From positions 56,172,001-56,236,000 of the forward strand of contig OX597814.1 in NCBI GenBank assembly GCA_951406725.2: a stretch of 64,000 nt of DNA. The letters run 5' to 3'. Below are positions 37,703-52,280 of the stretch, in pieces. The notes beneath the pieces are model-generated. The model saw nothing but the letters and a program-made list of their open reading frames with translations, made no database searches and was not told the origin of the DNA. The translations under genes and the position numbers were made by a program. Positions within the stretch are counted from its first letter, which is position 1. Every line of letters begins with the position of its first letter. Source of the DNA: Octopus vulgaris (lineage: Eukaryota).

Positions 37703-40700
37703 TTTATATATAAGAAATAAAGAAAAGTATTTAAGAAAGTATTTATATCAAAGGAATAAAGAAAAGTGTTTAAGGAAAAAAATTTATTTAGCTTGTTTCA
37801 TAATCATGGATAGATTCCTTGAACTTTTTAGCTTCATAAACTTCTAGAGCTGCAAGGGTTACATCTATACTATAATGGAGATAACTGTTTATTAATTAGT
37901 TGGAATTATGTAACTTTTACTAAAAGAAAGTAATGGTTAATGTTCTATTATCTGGTGTTTATAATGTTAACTGCTTTACAAGTGTCTTCAAAATTAATCC
38001 TGAGAGCAAACTGAACTCTTGTAAAATATAGCTTGTACATCTAATTATATCATTATCTTCATTAGTTGCAGCAGCAGCCTTTTAAGTTCACAGTATCATG
38101 CCATTCATAACTGTCTTTTTTCATCTAGCATATACTGCACCAGAACAAAAAAGAAAAGCAAATAACTGCCAGTTTTGTTGTGTATGTTATATATTTCTAA
38201 TGCTTTGTTTGTTGCATTTTATTGTATATATTTTTTAAAATATGACAGCTTTGTCACACTTCAGTAAAATAAAATGTAAGATATACGAGGTAATATGCCA
38301 ATGTATTACAATATATAAAGAATGAATATACTTTTATAATCTATTATTCGTTCTACCAAAATCAATTGCATTTGGAGAATTACTTGAGTACTGGATTGAA
38401 TTCTTTATAGCCTGAATACAAATCTTTATATTTTTTTAAAGCAGAAATGTCCATGCTCTTTGCCAGCCCTATTGTACTGGTGAGGTTGATGCATATCTGC
38501 AAGTTAATGTTAGCTGGTAAAACATTCTAGAGAAGAAGGATTAAGAAAAATGTTTTCATATGCAATCAAGGAAGATGTGACACAATAAAAGATGATAACA
38601 GGAAGAGAAACAGATGGGTTGGTTGAACCTGGGAGGATAGGGTATGTAGATAGTAAGCTATGAAGAAGATGATGACAAAGAAGAAGGAGAATGAGGAGGA
38701 GAGAGAGATTTGTAGTAATCTTAAAAGATTAGATTAGTACTTAGTTTGTCTTTTGGATGCAGTCTAGTATGATTTGTGGGTGTAACAACAGCCATAGCTT
38801 TGTGTCATTGATGTGAATAGTACTCTTATGAACAGCAGTCTACTTGAGCTTTGGAGTTTGAATTCCTTCCCTATTGTTGATGAGCTAAATAAATATCTGT
38901 TATGCATTGGTGTTGATTCATTTGAGTATACCATATCCTCCACTGTGTGGAGTTGTGCCAATGTAATAATTATTCATCTTCCTATAAATTTTTCATGTGC
39001 TTGCAGAATGTTTGGTATTGTTACTATTAACAATAGAAATTTTTCTTTTGCTGCCATTTTGTATTTGAATAAGGTTTATCTATGATGTTGTTTTGCATGT
39101 CACTGCTGCCTTATTGCTACCAGAAAACAATAGACTATTGACTTTTCTTATGTAACAATGTTAATTCTTCAGAACCTCTTCTCATTTTGGCATGTCTCCA
39201 ATGAAGAGTGTTACATTTATGTATGTATACCTCAAGTATCTAATAGAAATATCTATTAATATTATTCAGGAAGTTCTGGTGGATGTTTTTCCTGTACTGA
39301 AAATTAAGATTTAAGGTATTCATTCTTGACAGTAGTGAAGCTATCTTGAGTAAATAAATGTGATTGGAAATAAACTTATATTTATACACTATTATCTTCT
39401 TCATATTATTATAAATTATATTTTTATAAGAGTGCTCAGAGTTAAATTCAGAATGAAGATAACTTTTACTCATTAGGAAGCTGTTAGCATTATTAAAACC
39501 TAAGCTATCATAGAATCTCTCTCCTTGATGAATTGTGTTCCCGTTTTCACTGTGACAAGTTCTGCTGATTTGAAATGATATGTCTTGTATAGATAGTGAA
39601 ACAGTCAATTTGGACCCTTCCACCTGGACAAGTCATACTGTGTTGGTTTTTTTAATCAATTTTATTTTATAATCAGTCTGTGATAATTAATCTTCCCATA
39701 GCTCTTATTCTTATTTCCCAATTAACCCAATCCTTCTCCCACAGAACTTCAATTCTAGACTGCTGTCCTATCTCTCATATTTTTCCTGCAGACATTGACC
39801 TACATATATTCAAGATCAATATCAAATACATCACTCATAATTGTGTGTTGGTGGTGGAAGGGGTTGTTATCAGAACTATCTAGCTAGATAATTGCAGGGT
39901 TGGAATGAATTATTAATTCAATAGAGGCACTGAGCAAGAAACCAAAATGAACAATTGCTGCTATTATACTTTTGTCTGTCACAAGCTCCATGTTTGCTCT
40001 AATTAGCAATCATTTTGAACAATTTTTAATTATCCATTATTATACATGCTACAAAAATGACATAGAAAATGAGTTATTTGTAATCTTTTTGGTAAATATA
40101 TTTTAAATGTGATCTTTTAAATGTTTTAAGTACACCTTATTGGATTTTATTGGCTAATTAATTTTGGTTTTCAGTAGAGCATATCAAACAATAATGAATA
40201 GGAATTACCTAACAATAGCTGATGGGTTAAATTAATTAAAAATCCTAAAAGTGTGTATAAGAGCAAGTAATTATTTTTCTAATTAGCTTTATTATTTTTT
40301 ACATTGATAGAAAGTTTTAATGCTTATGCTTTTTAATTAGAAATATTTAGGACAGAATTGTTTTGTAAATGTTAAGATTATATAAGTACACTTGTCTGGT
40401 AATTGCTAATGATATTAGATATTTTGTGTGGGAGCAAAATGTAGCAGAAGTAGTTTCTATGAGAACTGACATTGGAATCATGAGGTCTGCTATCCTTAAT
40501 AAATTCTTGTGGCAAATGAAGGGATATTACAACAAATGATGGGAAATAATGTTTATCTGATGGAATGTAGCTGCCTTCTGAAATTGTTGAAATAAGGTTA
40601 AGAGAGATAAAGCTTCCGTTATACACAGAGTTGCATAATTTTCAGTATAAGTAGGCAGAAATACTTAAAATAGTTTTTTGTTCTAGTTTGTGGTCTGCCA

Positions 40701-41680
40701 GCCTAAGGTATTTAGAAGAGTTTGATACCCTGCCTTTGAAGTATTGGCTTATCAATAAGAATTCTTTGATTAAAATATATGTTGCATATAATTAAGCAAC
40801 ACTATGTAACTTATTGCAGGCATTCTGAGTTGCTTTGGTACCATGAAACTTCTCTCTATATCTTGAGAATGAACATAGGAGAGAATAATAATAACTGTAA
40901 TACCTGCTTGGCTCCAGAGTAAGTGCAATGTGCTGCACTATGCAAGAAATTAAATTACCAGTTGGAATAATTCCATGATTCTTACATTGAAAGTTCAACA
41001 AACATTCTGCCAGCTATCCATTTACACACATGCATGCACATATGCATGGTTCATTAATGCATATAAAATTCTAGCCTTATTTTTATATTTTGAAGTTATC
41101 AGGAATTGTTAGTAGTAAACTTGATTAAGTAGCCAAATGTTTAAGTAGTAACTGTAGTAATTGTCTGGAATCTCCTCCTACTTTTTTCCTGACAATTGAC
41201 ATCCATCTGCAAATGTTCAAACTGAAGACTAGCTGCAACAATCTCCAAGTCTGAAGGACTTACAAAGGTCATGTATACTGATCTTTCCCTAATTGACTGA
41301 ATAATTTATTTACAAAAAGACAAACAAAACAGCCTGAAAATGCAGTTATAAAATGATGACAATGATGAATATAATAATGATATATATATCATTATCATCC
41401 TCATCATTGTTTTATGTCCACTTTCCACATAGGTTTGGTTCAGTCCTATTGCATACCACCTTGGGAAAGTGTCTTCTGCTATAGCTCTGGTCTGACCAAA
41501 GCTTTATGGGTGGATCTGGTTGATGGAGATTGAAAGAAACCCATCATGTATGTATACATATATCATCATCATCATCATCATTGATTAACATCCATTTTCC
41601 ATGCTGGCATGGGTTGAACAGTTTGACAGGAGCTAGCCAGACTCCAATTGTATACTGTGACTTGATATATATATATATAT

Positions 41681-44600
41681 CAGGCTAAGATTTCTCGCTT
41701 CTATTTCATACATACATACATACATTTGTCTACCGTTTAAATGTTTTGAACTTATAACCACCAATCTGCTTTGCTTTCCTTTTCTCTCTACATGCCACCC
41801 TAAAAACATCGCCATTCCCGCCCGTTTCTCTAAAGTTCAACCTTCGCATATTCCCTTTAATTCGATCTCCACCATTCACTATCATTTCTTCCCCTGACTT
41901 GCAGCGATGTCCATGAGCAGGCTAAGATTTCTCGCTTCTATTTCATACATACATACATACATTTGTCTACCGTTTAAATGTTTTGAACTTATAACCACCA
42001 ATCTGCTTTGCTTTCCTTTTCTCTCTACATGCCACCCTAAAAACATCGCCATTCCCGCCCGTTTCTCTAAAGTTCAACCTTCGCATATTCCCTTTAATTC
42101 GATCTCCACCATTCACTATCATTTCTTCCCCTGACTTGCAGCGATGTCCATGAGCAGGCTAAGATTTCTCGCTTCTATTTCATACATACATACATACATT
42201 TGTCTACCGTTTAAATGTTTTGAACTTATAACCACCAATCTGCTTTGCTTTCCTTTTCTCTCTACATTCCACCCTAAAAACATCGCCATTCCCGCCCGTT
42301 TCTCTAAAGTTCAACCTTCGCATATTCCCTTTAATTCGATCTCCACCATTCACTATCATTTCTTCCCCTGACTTGCAGCGATGTCCATGAGCAGGCTAAG
42401 ATTTCTCGCTTCTATTTCATAAATACATACATACATTTGTCTACCGTTTAAATGTTTTGAACTTATAACCACCAATCTGCTTTGCTTTCCTTTTCTCTCT
42501 ACATGCCACCCTAAAAACATCGCCATTCCCGCCCGTTTCTCTAAAGTTCAACCTTCGCATATTCCCTTTAATTCGATCTCCACCATTCACTATCATTTCT
42601 TCCCCTGACTTGCAGCGATGTCCATGAGCAGGCTAAGATTTCTCGCTTCTATTTCATACATACATACATACATTTGTCTACCGTTTAAATGTTTTGAACT
42701 TATAACCACCAATCTGCTTTGCTTTCCTTTTCTCTCTACATGCCACCCTAAAAACATCGCCATTCCCGCCCGTTTCTCTAAAGTTCAACCTTCGCATATT
42801 CCCTTTAATTCGATCTCCACCATTCACTATCATTTCTTCCCCTGACTTGCAGCGATGTCCATGAGCAGGCTAAGATTTCTCGCTTCTATTTCATACATAC
42901 ATACATACATTTGTCTACCGTTTAAATGTTTTGAACTTATAACCACCAATCTGCTTTGCTTTCCTTTCTCTCTACATGCCACCCTAAAAACATCGCCATT
43001 CCCGCCCGTTTCTCTAAAGTTCAACCTTTGCATATTCCCTTTAATTCGATCTCCACCATTCACTATCATTTCTTCCCCTGACTTGCAGCGATGTCCATGA
43101 GCAGGCTAAGATTTCTCGCTTCTATTTCATACATACATACATACATTTGTCTACCGTTTAAATGTTTTGAACTTATAACCACCAATCTGCTTTGCTTTCC
43201 TTTTCTCTCTATATGCCACCCTAAAAACATCGCCATTCCCGCCCGTTTCTCTAAAGTTCAACCTTCGCATATTCCCTTTAATTCGATCTCCACCATTCAC
43301 TATCATTTCTTCCCCTGACTTGCAGCGATGTCCATGAGCAGGCTAAGATTTCTCGCTTCTATTTCATACATACATACATACATTTGTCTACCGTTTAAAT
43401 GTTTTGAACTTATAACCACCAATCTGCTTTGCTTTCCTTTTCTCTCTACATGCCACCCTAAAAACATCGCCATTCCCGCCCGTTTCTCTAAAGTTCAACC
43501 TTCGCATATTCCCTTTAATTCGATCTCCACCATTCACTATCATTTCTTCCCCTGACTTGCAGCGATGTCCATGAGCAGGCTATTTCTCGATTATTCCCTT
43601 TAATTCGATCTCCACCATTCACTATCATTTCTTCCCCTGACTTGCAGCGATGTCCATGAGCAGGCTAAGATTTCTCGCTTCTATTCATACATACATACAT
43701 ACATTTGTCTACCGTTTAAATGTTTTGAACTTATAACCACCAATCTGCTTTGCTTTCCTTTTCTCTCTACATGCCACCCTAAAAACATCGCCATTCCCGC
43801 CCGTTTCTCTAAAGTTCAACCTTCGCATATTCCCTTTAATTCGATCTCCACCATTCACTATCATTTCTTCCCCTGACTTGCAGCGATGTCCATGAGCAGG
43901 CTAAGATTTCTCGCTTCTATTTCATACATACATACATACATTTGTCTACCGTTTAAATGTTTTGAACTTATAACCACCAATACATCCACCCTAAAACATC
44001 GCCATTCCCGCCGTTTCTCTAAAGTTCAACCTTCGCATATTCCCTTTAATTCGATCTCCACCATTCACTATCATTTCTTCCCCTGACTTGCAGCGATGTC
44101 CATGAGCAGGCTAAGATTTCTCGCTTCTATTTCATACATACATACATACATTTGTCTACCGTTTAAATGTTTTGAACTTATAACCACCAATCTGCTTTGC
44201 TTTCCTTTTCTCTCTACATGCCACCCTAAAAACATCGCCATTCCTGCCCGTTTCTCTAAAGTTCAACCTTCGCATATTCCCTTTAATTCGATCTCCATCA
44301 TTCACTATCATTTCTTCCCCTGACTTGCAGCGATGTCCATGAGCAGGCTAAGATTTCTCGCTTCTATTTCATACATACATACATACATTTGTCTACCGTT
44401 TAAATGTTTTGAACTTATAACCACCAATCTGCTTTGCTTTCCTTTTCTCTCTACATGCCACCCTAAAAACATCGCCATTCCCGCCCGTTTCTCTAAAGTT
44501 CAACCTTCGCATATTCCCTTTAATTCGATCTCCACCATTCACTATCATTTCTTCCCCTGACTTGCAGCGATGTCCATGAGCAGGCTAAGATTTCTCGCTT

Positions 44601-47600
44601 CTATTTCATACATACATACATACATTTGTCTACCGTTTAAATGTTTTGAACTTATAACCACCAATCTGCTTTGCTTTCCTTTTCTCTCTACATGCCACCC
44701 TAAAAACATCGCCATTCCCGCCCGTTTCTCTAAAGTTCAACCTTCACATATTCCCTTTAATTCGATCTCCACCATTCACTATCTTTTCTTCCCCTGACTT
44801 GCAGCGATGTCCATGAGCAGGCTAAGATTTCTCGCTTCTATTTCATACATACATACATACATTTGTCTACCGTTTAAATGTTTTGAACTTATAACCACCA
44901 ATCTGCTTTGCTTTCCTTTTCTCTCTACATGCCACCCTAAAAACATCGCCATTCCCGCCCGTTTCTCTAAAGTTCAACCTTCGCATATTCCCTTTAATTC
45001 GATCTCCACCATTCACTATCATTTCTTCCCCTGACTTGCAGCGATGTCCATGAGCAGGCTAAGATTTCTCGCTTCTATTTCATACATACATACATACATT
45101 TGTCTACCGTTTAAATGTTTTGAACTTATAACCACCAATCTGCTTTGCTTTCCTTTTCTCTCTACATGCCACCCTAAAAACATCGCCATTCCCGCCCGTT
45201 TCTCTAAAGTTCAACCTTCGCATATTCCCTTTAATTCAATCTCCACCATTCACTATCATTTCTTCCCCTGACTTGCAGCGATGTCCATGAGCAGGCTAAG
45301 ATTTCTCGCTTCTATTTCATACATACATACATACATTTGTCTACCGTTTAAATGTTTTGAACTTATAACCACCAATCTGCTTTGCTTTCCTTTTCTCTCT
45401 ACATGCCACCCTAAAAACATCGCCATTCCCGCCCGTTTCTCTAAAGTTCAACCTTCGCATATTCCCTTTAATTCGATCTCCACCATTCACTATCATTTCT
45501 TCCCCTGACTTGCAGCGATGTCCATGAGCAGGCTAAGATTTCTCGCTTCTATTTCATACATACATACATACATTTGTCTACCGTTTAAATGTTTTGAACT
45601 TATAACCACCAATCTGCTTTGCTTTCCTTTTCTCTCTACATGCCACCCTAAAAACATCGCCATTCCCGCCCGTTTCTCTAAAGTTCAACCTTCGCATATT
45701 CCCTTTAATTCGATCTCCACCATTCACTATCATTTCTTCCCCTGACTTGCAGCGATGTCCATGAGCAGGCTAAGATTTCTCGCTTCTATTTCATACATAC
45801 ATACATACATTTGTCTACCGTTTAAATGTTTTGAACTTATAACCACCAATCTGCTTTGCTTTCCTTTTCTCTCTACATGCCACCCTAAAAACATCGCCAT
45901 TCCCGCCCGTTTCTCTAAAGTTCAACCTTCGCATATTCCCTTTAATTCGATCTCCACCATTCACTATCATTTCTTCCCCTGACTTGCAGCGATGTCCATG
46001 AGCAGGCTAAGATTTCTCGCTTCTATTTCATACATACATACATACATTTGTCTACCGTTTAAATGTTTTGAACTTATAACCACCAATCTGCTTTGCTTTC
46101 CTTTTCTCTCTACATGCCACCCTAAAAACATCGCCATTCCCGCCCGTTTCTCTAAAGTTCAACCTTCGCATATTCCCTTTAATTCGATCTCCACCATTCA
46201 CTATCATTTCTTCCCCTGACTTGCAGCGATGTCCATGAGCAGGCTAAGATTTCTCGCTTCTATTTCATACATACATACATACATTTGTCTACCGTTTAAA
46301 TGTTTTGAACTTATAACCACCAATCTGCTTTGCTTTCCTTTTCTCTCTACATGCCACCCTAAAAACATCGCCATTCCCGCCCGTTTCTCTAAAGTTCAAC
46401 CTTCGCATATTCCCTTTAATTCGATCTCCACCATTCACTATCATTTCTTCCCCTGACTTGCAGCGATGTCCATGAGCAGGCTAAGATTTCTCGCTTCTAT
46501 TTCATACATACATACATACATTTGTCTACCGTTTAAATGTTTTGAACTTATAACCACCAATCTGCTTTGCTTTCCTTTTCTCTCTACATGCCACCCTAAA
46601 AACATCGCCATTCCCGCCCGTTTCTCTAAAGTTCAACCTTCGCATATTCCCTTTAATTCGATCTCCACCATTCACTATCATTTCTTCCCCTGACTTGCAG
46701 CGATGTCCATGAGCAGGCTAAGATTTCTCGCTTCTATTTCATACATACATACATACATTTGTCTACCGTTTAAATGTTTTGAACTTATAACCACCAATCT
46801 GCTTTGCTTTCCTTTTCTCTCTACATGCCACCCTAAAAACATCGCCATTCCCGCCCGTTTCTCTAAAGTTCAACCTTCGCATATTCCCTTTAATTCGATC
46901 TCCACCATTCACTATCATTTCTTCCCCTGACTTGCAGCGATGTCCATGAGCAGGCTAAGATTTCTCGCTTCTATTTCATACATACATACATACATTTGTC
47001 TACCGTTTAAATGTTTTGAACTTATAACCACCAATCTGCTTTGCTTTCCTTTTCTCTCTACATGCCACCCTAAAAACATCGCCATTCCCGCCCGTTTCTC
47101 TAAAGTTCAACCTTCGCATATTCCCTTTAATTCGATCTCCACCATTCACTATCATTTCTTCCCCTGACTTGCAGCGATGTCCATGAGCAGGCTAAGATTT
47201 CTCGCTTCTATTTCATACATACATACATACATTTGTCTACCGTTTAAATGTTTTGAACTTATAACCACCAATCTGCTTTGCTTTCCTTTTCTCTCTACAT
47301 GCCACCCTAAAAACATCGCCATTCCCGCCCGTTTCTCTAAAGTTCAACCTTCGCATATTCCCTTTAATTCGATCTCCACCATTCACTATCATTTCTTCCC
47401 CTGACTTGCAGCGATGTCCATGAGCAGGCTAAGATTTCTCGCTTCTATTTCATACATACATACATACATTTGTCTACCGTTTAAATGTTTTGAACTTATA
47501 ACCACCAATCTGCTTTGCTTTCCTTTTCTCTCTACATGCCACCCTAAAAACATCGCCATTCCCGCCCGTTTCTCTAAAGTTCAACCTTCGCATATTCCCT

Positions 47601-48307
47601 TTAATTCGATCTCCACCATTCACTATCATTTCTTCCCCTGACTTGCAGCGATGTCCATGAGCAGGCTAAGATTTCTCGCTTCTATTTTCATACATACATA
47701 CATTTGTCTACCGTTTAAATGTTTTGAACTTATAACCACCAATCTGCTTTGCTTTCCTTTTCTCTCTACATGCCACCCTAAAAACATCGCCATTCCCGCC
47801 CGTTTCTCTAAAGTTCAACCTTCGCATATTCCCTTTAATTCGATCTCCACCATTCACTATCATTTCTTCCCCTGACTTGCAGCGATGTCCATGAGCAGGC
47901 TAAGATTTCTCGCTTCTATTTCATACATACATACATACATTTGTCTACCGTTTAAATGTTTTGAACTTATAACCACCAATCTGCTTTGCTTTCCTTTTCT
48001 CTCTACATGCCACCCTAAAAACATCGCCATTCCCGCCCGTTTCTCTAAAGTTCAACCTTCGCATATTCCCTTTAATTCGATCTCCACCATTCACTATCAT
48101 TTCTTCCCCTGACTTGCAGCGATGTCCATGAGCAGGCTAAGATTTCTCGCTTCTATTTCATACATACATACATACATTTGTCTACCGTTTAAATGTTTTG
48201 AACTTATAACCACCAATCTGCTTTGCTTTCCTTTTCTCTCTACATGCCACCCTAAAAACATCGCCATTCCCGCCCGTTTCTCTAAAGTTCAACCTTCGCA
48301 TATTCCC
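41681..48307. repeat. Tandem array of a 237-bp unit, 29 units including partial and deleted ones
   Basis: Period of 237 seen in the sequence and the ORF track (41907, 42144, ... 48122). Units are near-identical; shortened units at 43565 (85 bp) and 43886 (210 bp). Each unit contains (CATA)4 and is pyrimidine-rich on the + strand. Confidence 0.98.
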
Positions 48308-48562
48308 GGTGCACCCGCCCTTGCCCACCCCCACCACCAATACCGGATATCTCTATATTTTTGTTCCATCTATACCGGATGTCGCTTCTCCCACCACCAT
48401 TATAGGTGTCTACTCTTCGAACCCCCCTCTTCAGCACGCTATTTCACCATGCATTACCCCTCTCTTGATATCCTACGTTCTACTTGCCTAGAACCTGTCA
48501 TCATTTCTCTGAACCACCCCTCCCCACTGGTGCTCCCCTATATATTTCTATACCCCCCCCCC

Positions 48563-48816
48563 ACATAAAAAGCACCATCCGAACGTGGCCGATGCCAGAC
48601 CCCTCTGGCACCTGTGCAGGTGGCACGTAAAAAACACCCACTACACTCGCGGAGTGGTTGGCGTTAGGAAGGGCATCCAGCTGTAGAAACACTGCCAGAC
48701 TAGACTGGAGCCTGGGGCAGTCCCGAGCTCCCCAGACCCCGGTCGAAACCGTCCAACCCGAGCTAGCGCGGAAAACGGACGTTAAACGATGATGATGATG
48801 ATGATGATGATGATGA
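48563..48816 (+). mobile_element. Young RTE 3' end or RTE-dependent SINE with (GAT)n tail
   Basis: Homologous to 28930-29245 with CpGs retained; ends aaaacggacgttaaac(gat)10. Confidence 0.85.
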
Positions 48817-48913
48817 TATAAAATATTATTAGAGACAAAACCACTATTTTGCAAAACAAACAAGGAAAGACTTAATCAATACATAAAATTTTAATAAATA
48901 GTCAAAAAAACTG

Positions 48914-48956
48914 CCACTACAATTATTTCTTGTCTTGATCGACAATCTTCAGGTGG
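48914..48956 (-). ncRNA. Minimal type I hammerhead ribozyme within a short Penelope-like remnant (~48817-48982)
   Basis: Minus strand reads ccac CTGAAGA ttgtc-gatcaa-gacaa GAAA t-aatt-g TA gtgg. Stem I 4 bp, stem II 5 bp, near-palindromic stem III. Confidence 0.75.
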
Positions 48957-49685
48957 ACTTCCAATATATCAGTTTCAAATTATATATATATATATATATA
49001 GTTGTAGGTAGGTAGGCAGGCAGGTGTGTGTGTGTCCCCACCATTACTACTTGACATTTGGTGTCCATTTGTTTACATCCCTGTAATTTAGTGGGTTGCC
49101 AAAAGAGACCAATAGAGAATAAGTACTTAGCTTTAAAATAAGTATGAGGATTGATTTGTTGCACTAAACCCTTCAAGACAGTGTCCCAGTTTGGCTGCAA
49201 TCCAATGACTGAAACAAGTAACAGATAAACAGTGTATATATATATATATAATTCGCTCATTTGTTTTATGCCTGTTTTTACATGTTAGTATGACTTAGAT
49301 AAATTACATAAATATCATTGAGCCTTTCATGTTACTAACCCTCACCTGTTTTACAGCCAAAGGATTCTTTTCATTCTACACATTTTTAAAAGTGCAGAGC
49401 TAGTGGCTGATTTGTTGACAGGGTTCTACAACTAACTTTACTATTTCTAACTCACTGTTTTCTCATGCAAATTCTAATATTCACTCAGATACATGTGTGC
49501 ACTCCATTCTTCTCTACACACACACGCACACATGATGAACTTAGTACAGTTTCCATTTACCAGATGCATCTCCTAGGCATTGATTGGCCCAGGGCTACAG
49601 TAGAAGATACTTGCCATGGATACTGCACAGGGATACTTAGCCTGAAATCACCTGGTTGAGAAGCAATATTCTTCATCATGCAGCC

Positions 49686-49795
<110 letters not shown>

Positions 49796-50924
49796 GGTTC
49801 TGAGTTCAGTCCCACTGCATAGTGCTTTGGGCAAGTGTTTTCTGCTGTAGCCTCATACCAGCCAAAGCCTTGTGAGTGGATTTGCTAGACAGAAACTAAA
49901 ACAAGCCCATTGTGTGAGTATATATCTATAAATATAAATATATGCTAGTGTGAACATGCCATCTTTAAGATAGCATGTTTTACACTGGTTTGATGTCATT
50001 GTATCACTAATCCCTATAGTGTAAGTATACTTGCATACCAGCCTCCCCTCTCCATGCCACTGATGTTATCCAGTGATGTCACAACTCATTTCTACAGCTG
50101 AGTAAACTGGAGCATTGTGAAATAAAGTGTCTTACTCAAAAACACAACATGCATTCAGTCCTGGAATTGAACTCACTACCTCATGATTATGAGCCCAGTG
50201 TTCTAACCACTGAGCCATGCACTTTCACATTATACAAGGATACACACATGCACACATTGTAATTCTGTTTCTCTGTTCTACTTGTAAATGCATCATCTTC
50301 ACTACATATACATGTATGCACTTGTATCCCATACATAAACCACATGCATTTTGCACTGATAACTAAAATATTCAATGATCACTTTGAAATTAAATCTACT
50401 TTTCACATCTGTCCTGGGTATATTATCAGCTTTGTATATTGACTTGTTCATAGATATCACATGTCCAGACTAGCGCTCCCGTATCTCTGGTGCTCAACAT
50501 CTGTTTCCTGTAAAAAGTATCAGATGTCCAGCTACTTTTTTTAGTTCTCTTGTGATTTACTAATGCCAAACTGATTTATGAAAATTACAATTTACTAATA
50601 AAAAAAATGTACTTTGTGCTATGATTAGTTTAATATTAATATCAACTGTAAATCAATACAAATTCAACAACCAAATTTGGTAAACTCATAGATGTAAGAT
50701 TAATAAAAGCAACAGTGTAAACAAACTAGGCAAATTGTAATGTAAGTTGAAATTTAGCCAAAAGATCTTGAATCACTTAAATATCCAAAGACTGGGTGAA
50801 AATCAATTTTCTTTTAATGTCTAAGGTTAGAGGAGGAAGAGCAACATCCATGATTCTTTCCAAAACCACTGAGCTCAGTAGGAAAAAGAGAGAAACAAGG
50901 CTGGGTGGTGATATAAAACCAATG

Positions 50925-51245
50925 ACTGTGTGGTAAGAAGCTTGCTTCCCAACCACATGATTCCAGGTTCAGTGTCTTGGGCAAGTGTCTTCTACTATAG
51001 CCTATAGAAACTGAAAGAAGCTTGTCGTATGTGTGTGTGTGTGTCTGTGTTTGTCCCCCCACCATCAATTGACAACCAATGTTGGTGTGTTTATGTCCCC
51101 ATAACTTAGCTTAGTTCAGCAAAAGAGATTGATAGAATAAGTACTAGGCTTACAAAGAATAAGTCCTGGGGTCGATTTGTTCAACTGAAGGCAGTGCTCC
51201 AGCATGGCCACAGTCAAATGGCTGAAACAGGTAAAAGAATAAAAG
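50925..51245 (+). mobile_element. tRNA-derived SINE, family of 14-457, with internal deletions
   Basis: Collinear match to 14-457. Confidence 0.8.
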
Positions 51246-51774
51246 AAAGAATGGTTTAAGTCTATTACCCAGGAACAGCTACAGTTCCTTTGTCTGGAAC
51301 TTAAGAAGACACTTGCCCAGATGTTAAGCAGAGGGAAACAAACTCTAAATCATGTAGAGATGCAAAGCAAACTTCATAGCCACACCACCATGCCTGAATC
51401 CATCTGTGAAATCTATCAATGAAATGAGCTTATGTTAGGAGGTTAGATTCATCATTCATTCATCATCAGTTTCCGTCACTTTGTCCATATTGGTATGGGT
51501 TGGGTGGTTTGACAGGATCTGATGAGTTAGATTGCTGCACCAACCTTCAATGTCTGCTTTGGCATGTTTTTTTTATTGCTGGATTGCCCTCCCAATGTCA
51601 ACCACTTTACACAGTGTGCTGGGTGCTTTTTTGTGGCAACAGTACTAGTGAAATAACCAGGAGATTTGCAAGACAAGATCCCTCAAATGGGTAGGGTATA
51701 TTGTTGAAGGATGTGAAAGTATGACAGGACAGAAACAGGTGTCTTGCTGAACAAGTGAATACATGTCAATATAT

Positions 51775-52068
51775 CCTGTGCCGGTGGCATGAAAAAAGCA
51801 CCATCTGAATGTAGCTGATGCCAGTGCTGCCTGACTGGCGTCCATGTCGGTGACAAGTAAAAAGCACCAATCAATCGTGGCTGTTTGCCAGCTTCCTCTG
51901 GCCCCTGTGCCGGTGGCACGTAAAAAGCACCCACTACACTCACGGTATTAGGAAGGGCATCCAGCTGTAGGGACTGGAACCTGGCGCAGCCTCCTGGCTT
52001 CCCAGACCATGGTTGAACTGTCCAAACCATGCTAGCATGGAAAATGGACATTAAACGATGATGATGAT
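51775..52068 (+). mobile_element. RTE-tail SINE
   Basis: Repeated gtgccggtggcacgtaaaaagcacc modules and a (GAT)n tail, as at 28930-29245 and 48563-48816. Confidence 0.8.
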
Positions 52069-52280
52069 ATTCTTTTGTTTATACACACACAGTGGGCTTC
52101 CCTAATTCCCTCACAAGGCATTGGTCAGTCTGAGCCTATAGTAGAAGACACTTGACCATGGAACCAGACAGTTAGATTGAACCCCGATCATGTGGCTTTG
52201 AAGTGACCCTCTTAACCACACAATTGTACTTGCACTGTATGTGTGTGTGTGTGTGTGCGTATGTGCGTGCACATGTGTGA

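Noticed and set aside
41907-48112. About 24 identical 75-aa ORFs (MSMSRLRFLAS...) as a tandem gene family
   Set aside because: They are a by-product of the 237-bp repeat. There is no recognisable domain, promoter or polyA signal, some units are broken, and all six frames contain a stop per unit.
41681-48307. CRISPR-like array or ribozyme-containing (retrozyme) satellite
   Set aside because: There are no variable spacers, and I found no CUGANGA hammerhead core on either strand of the unit.
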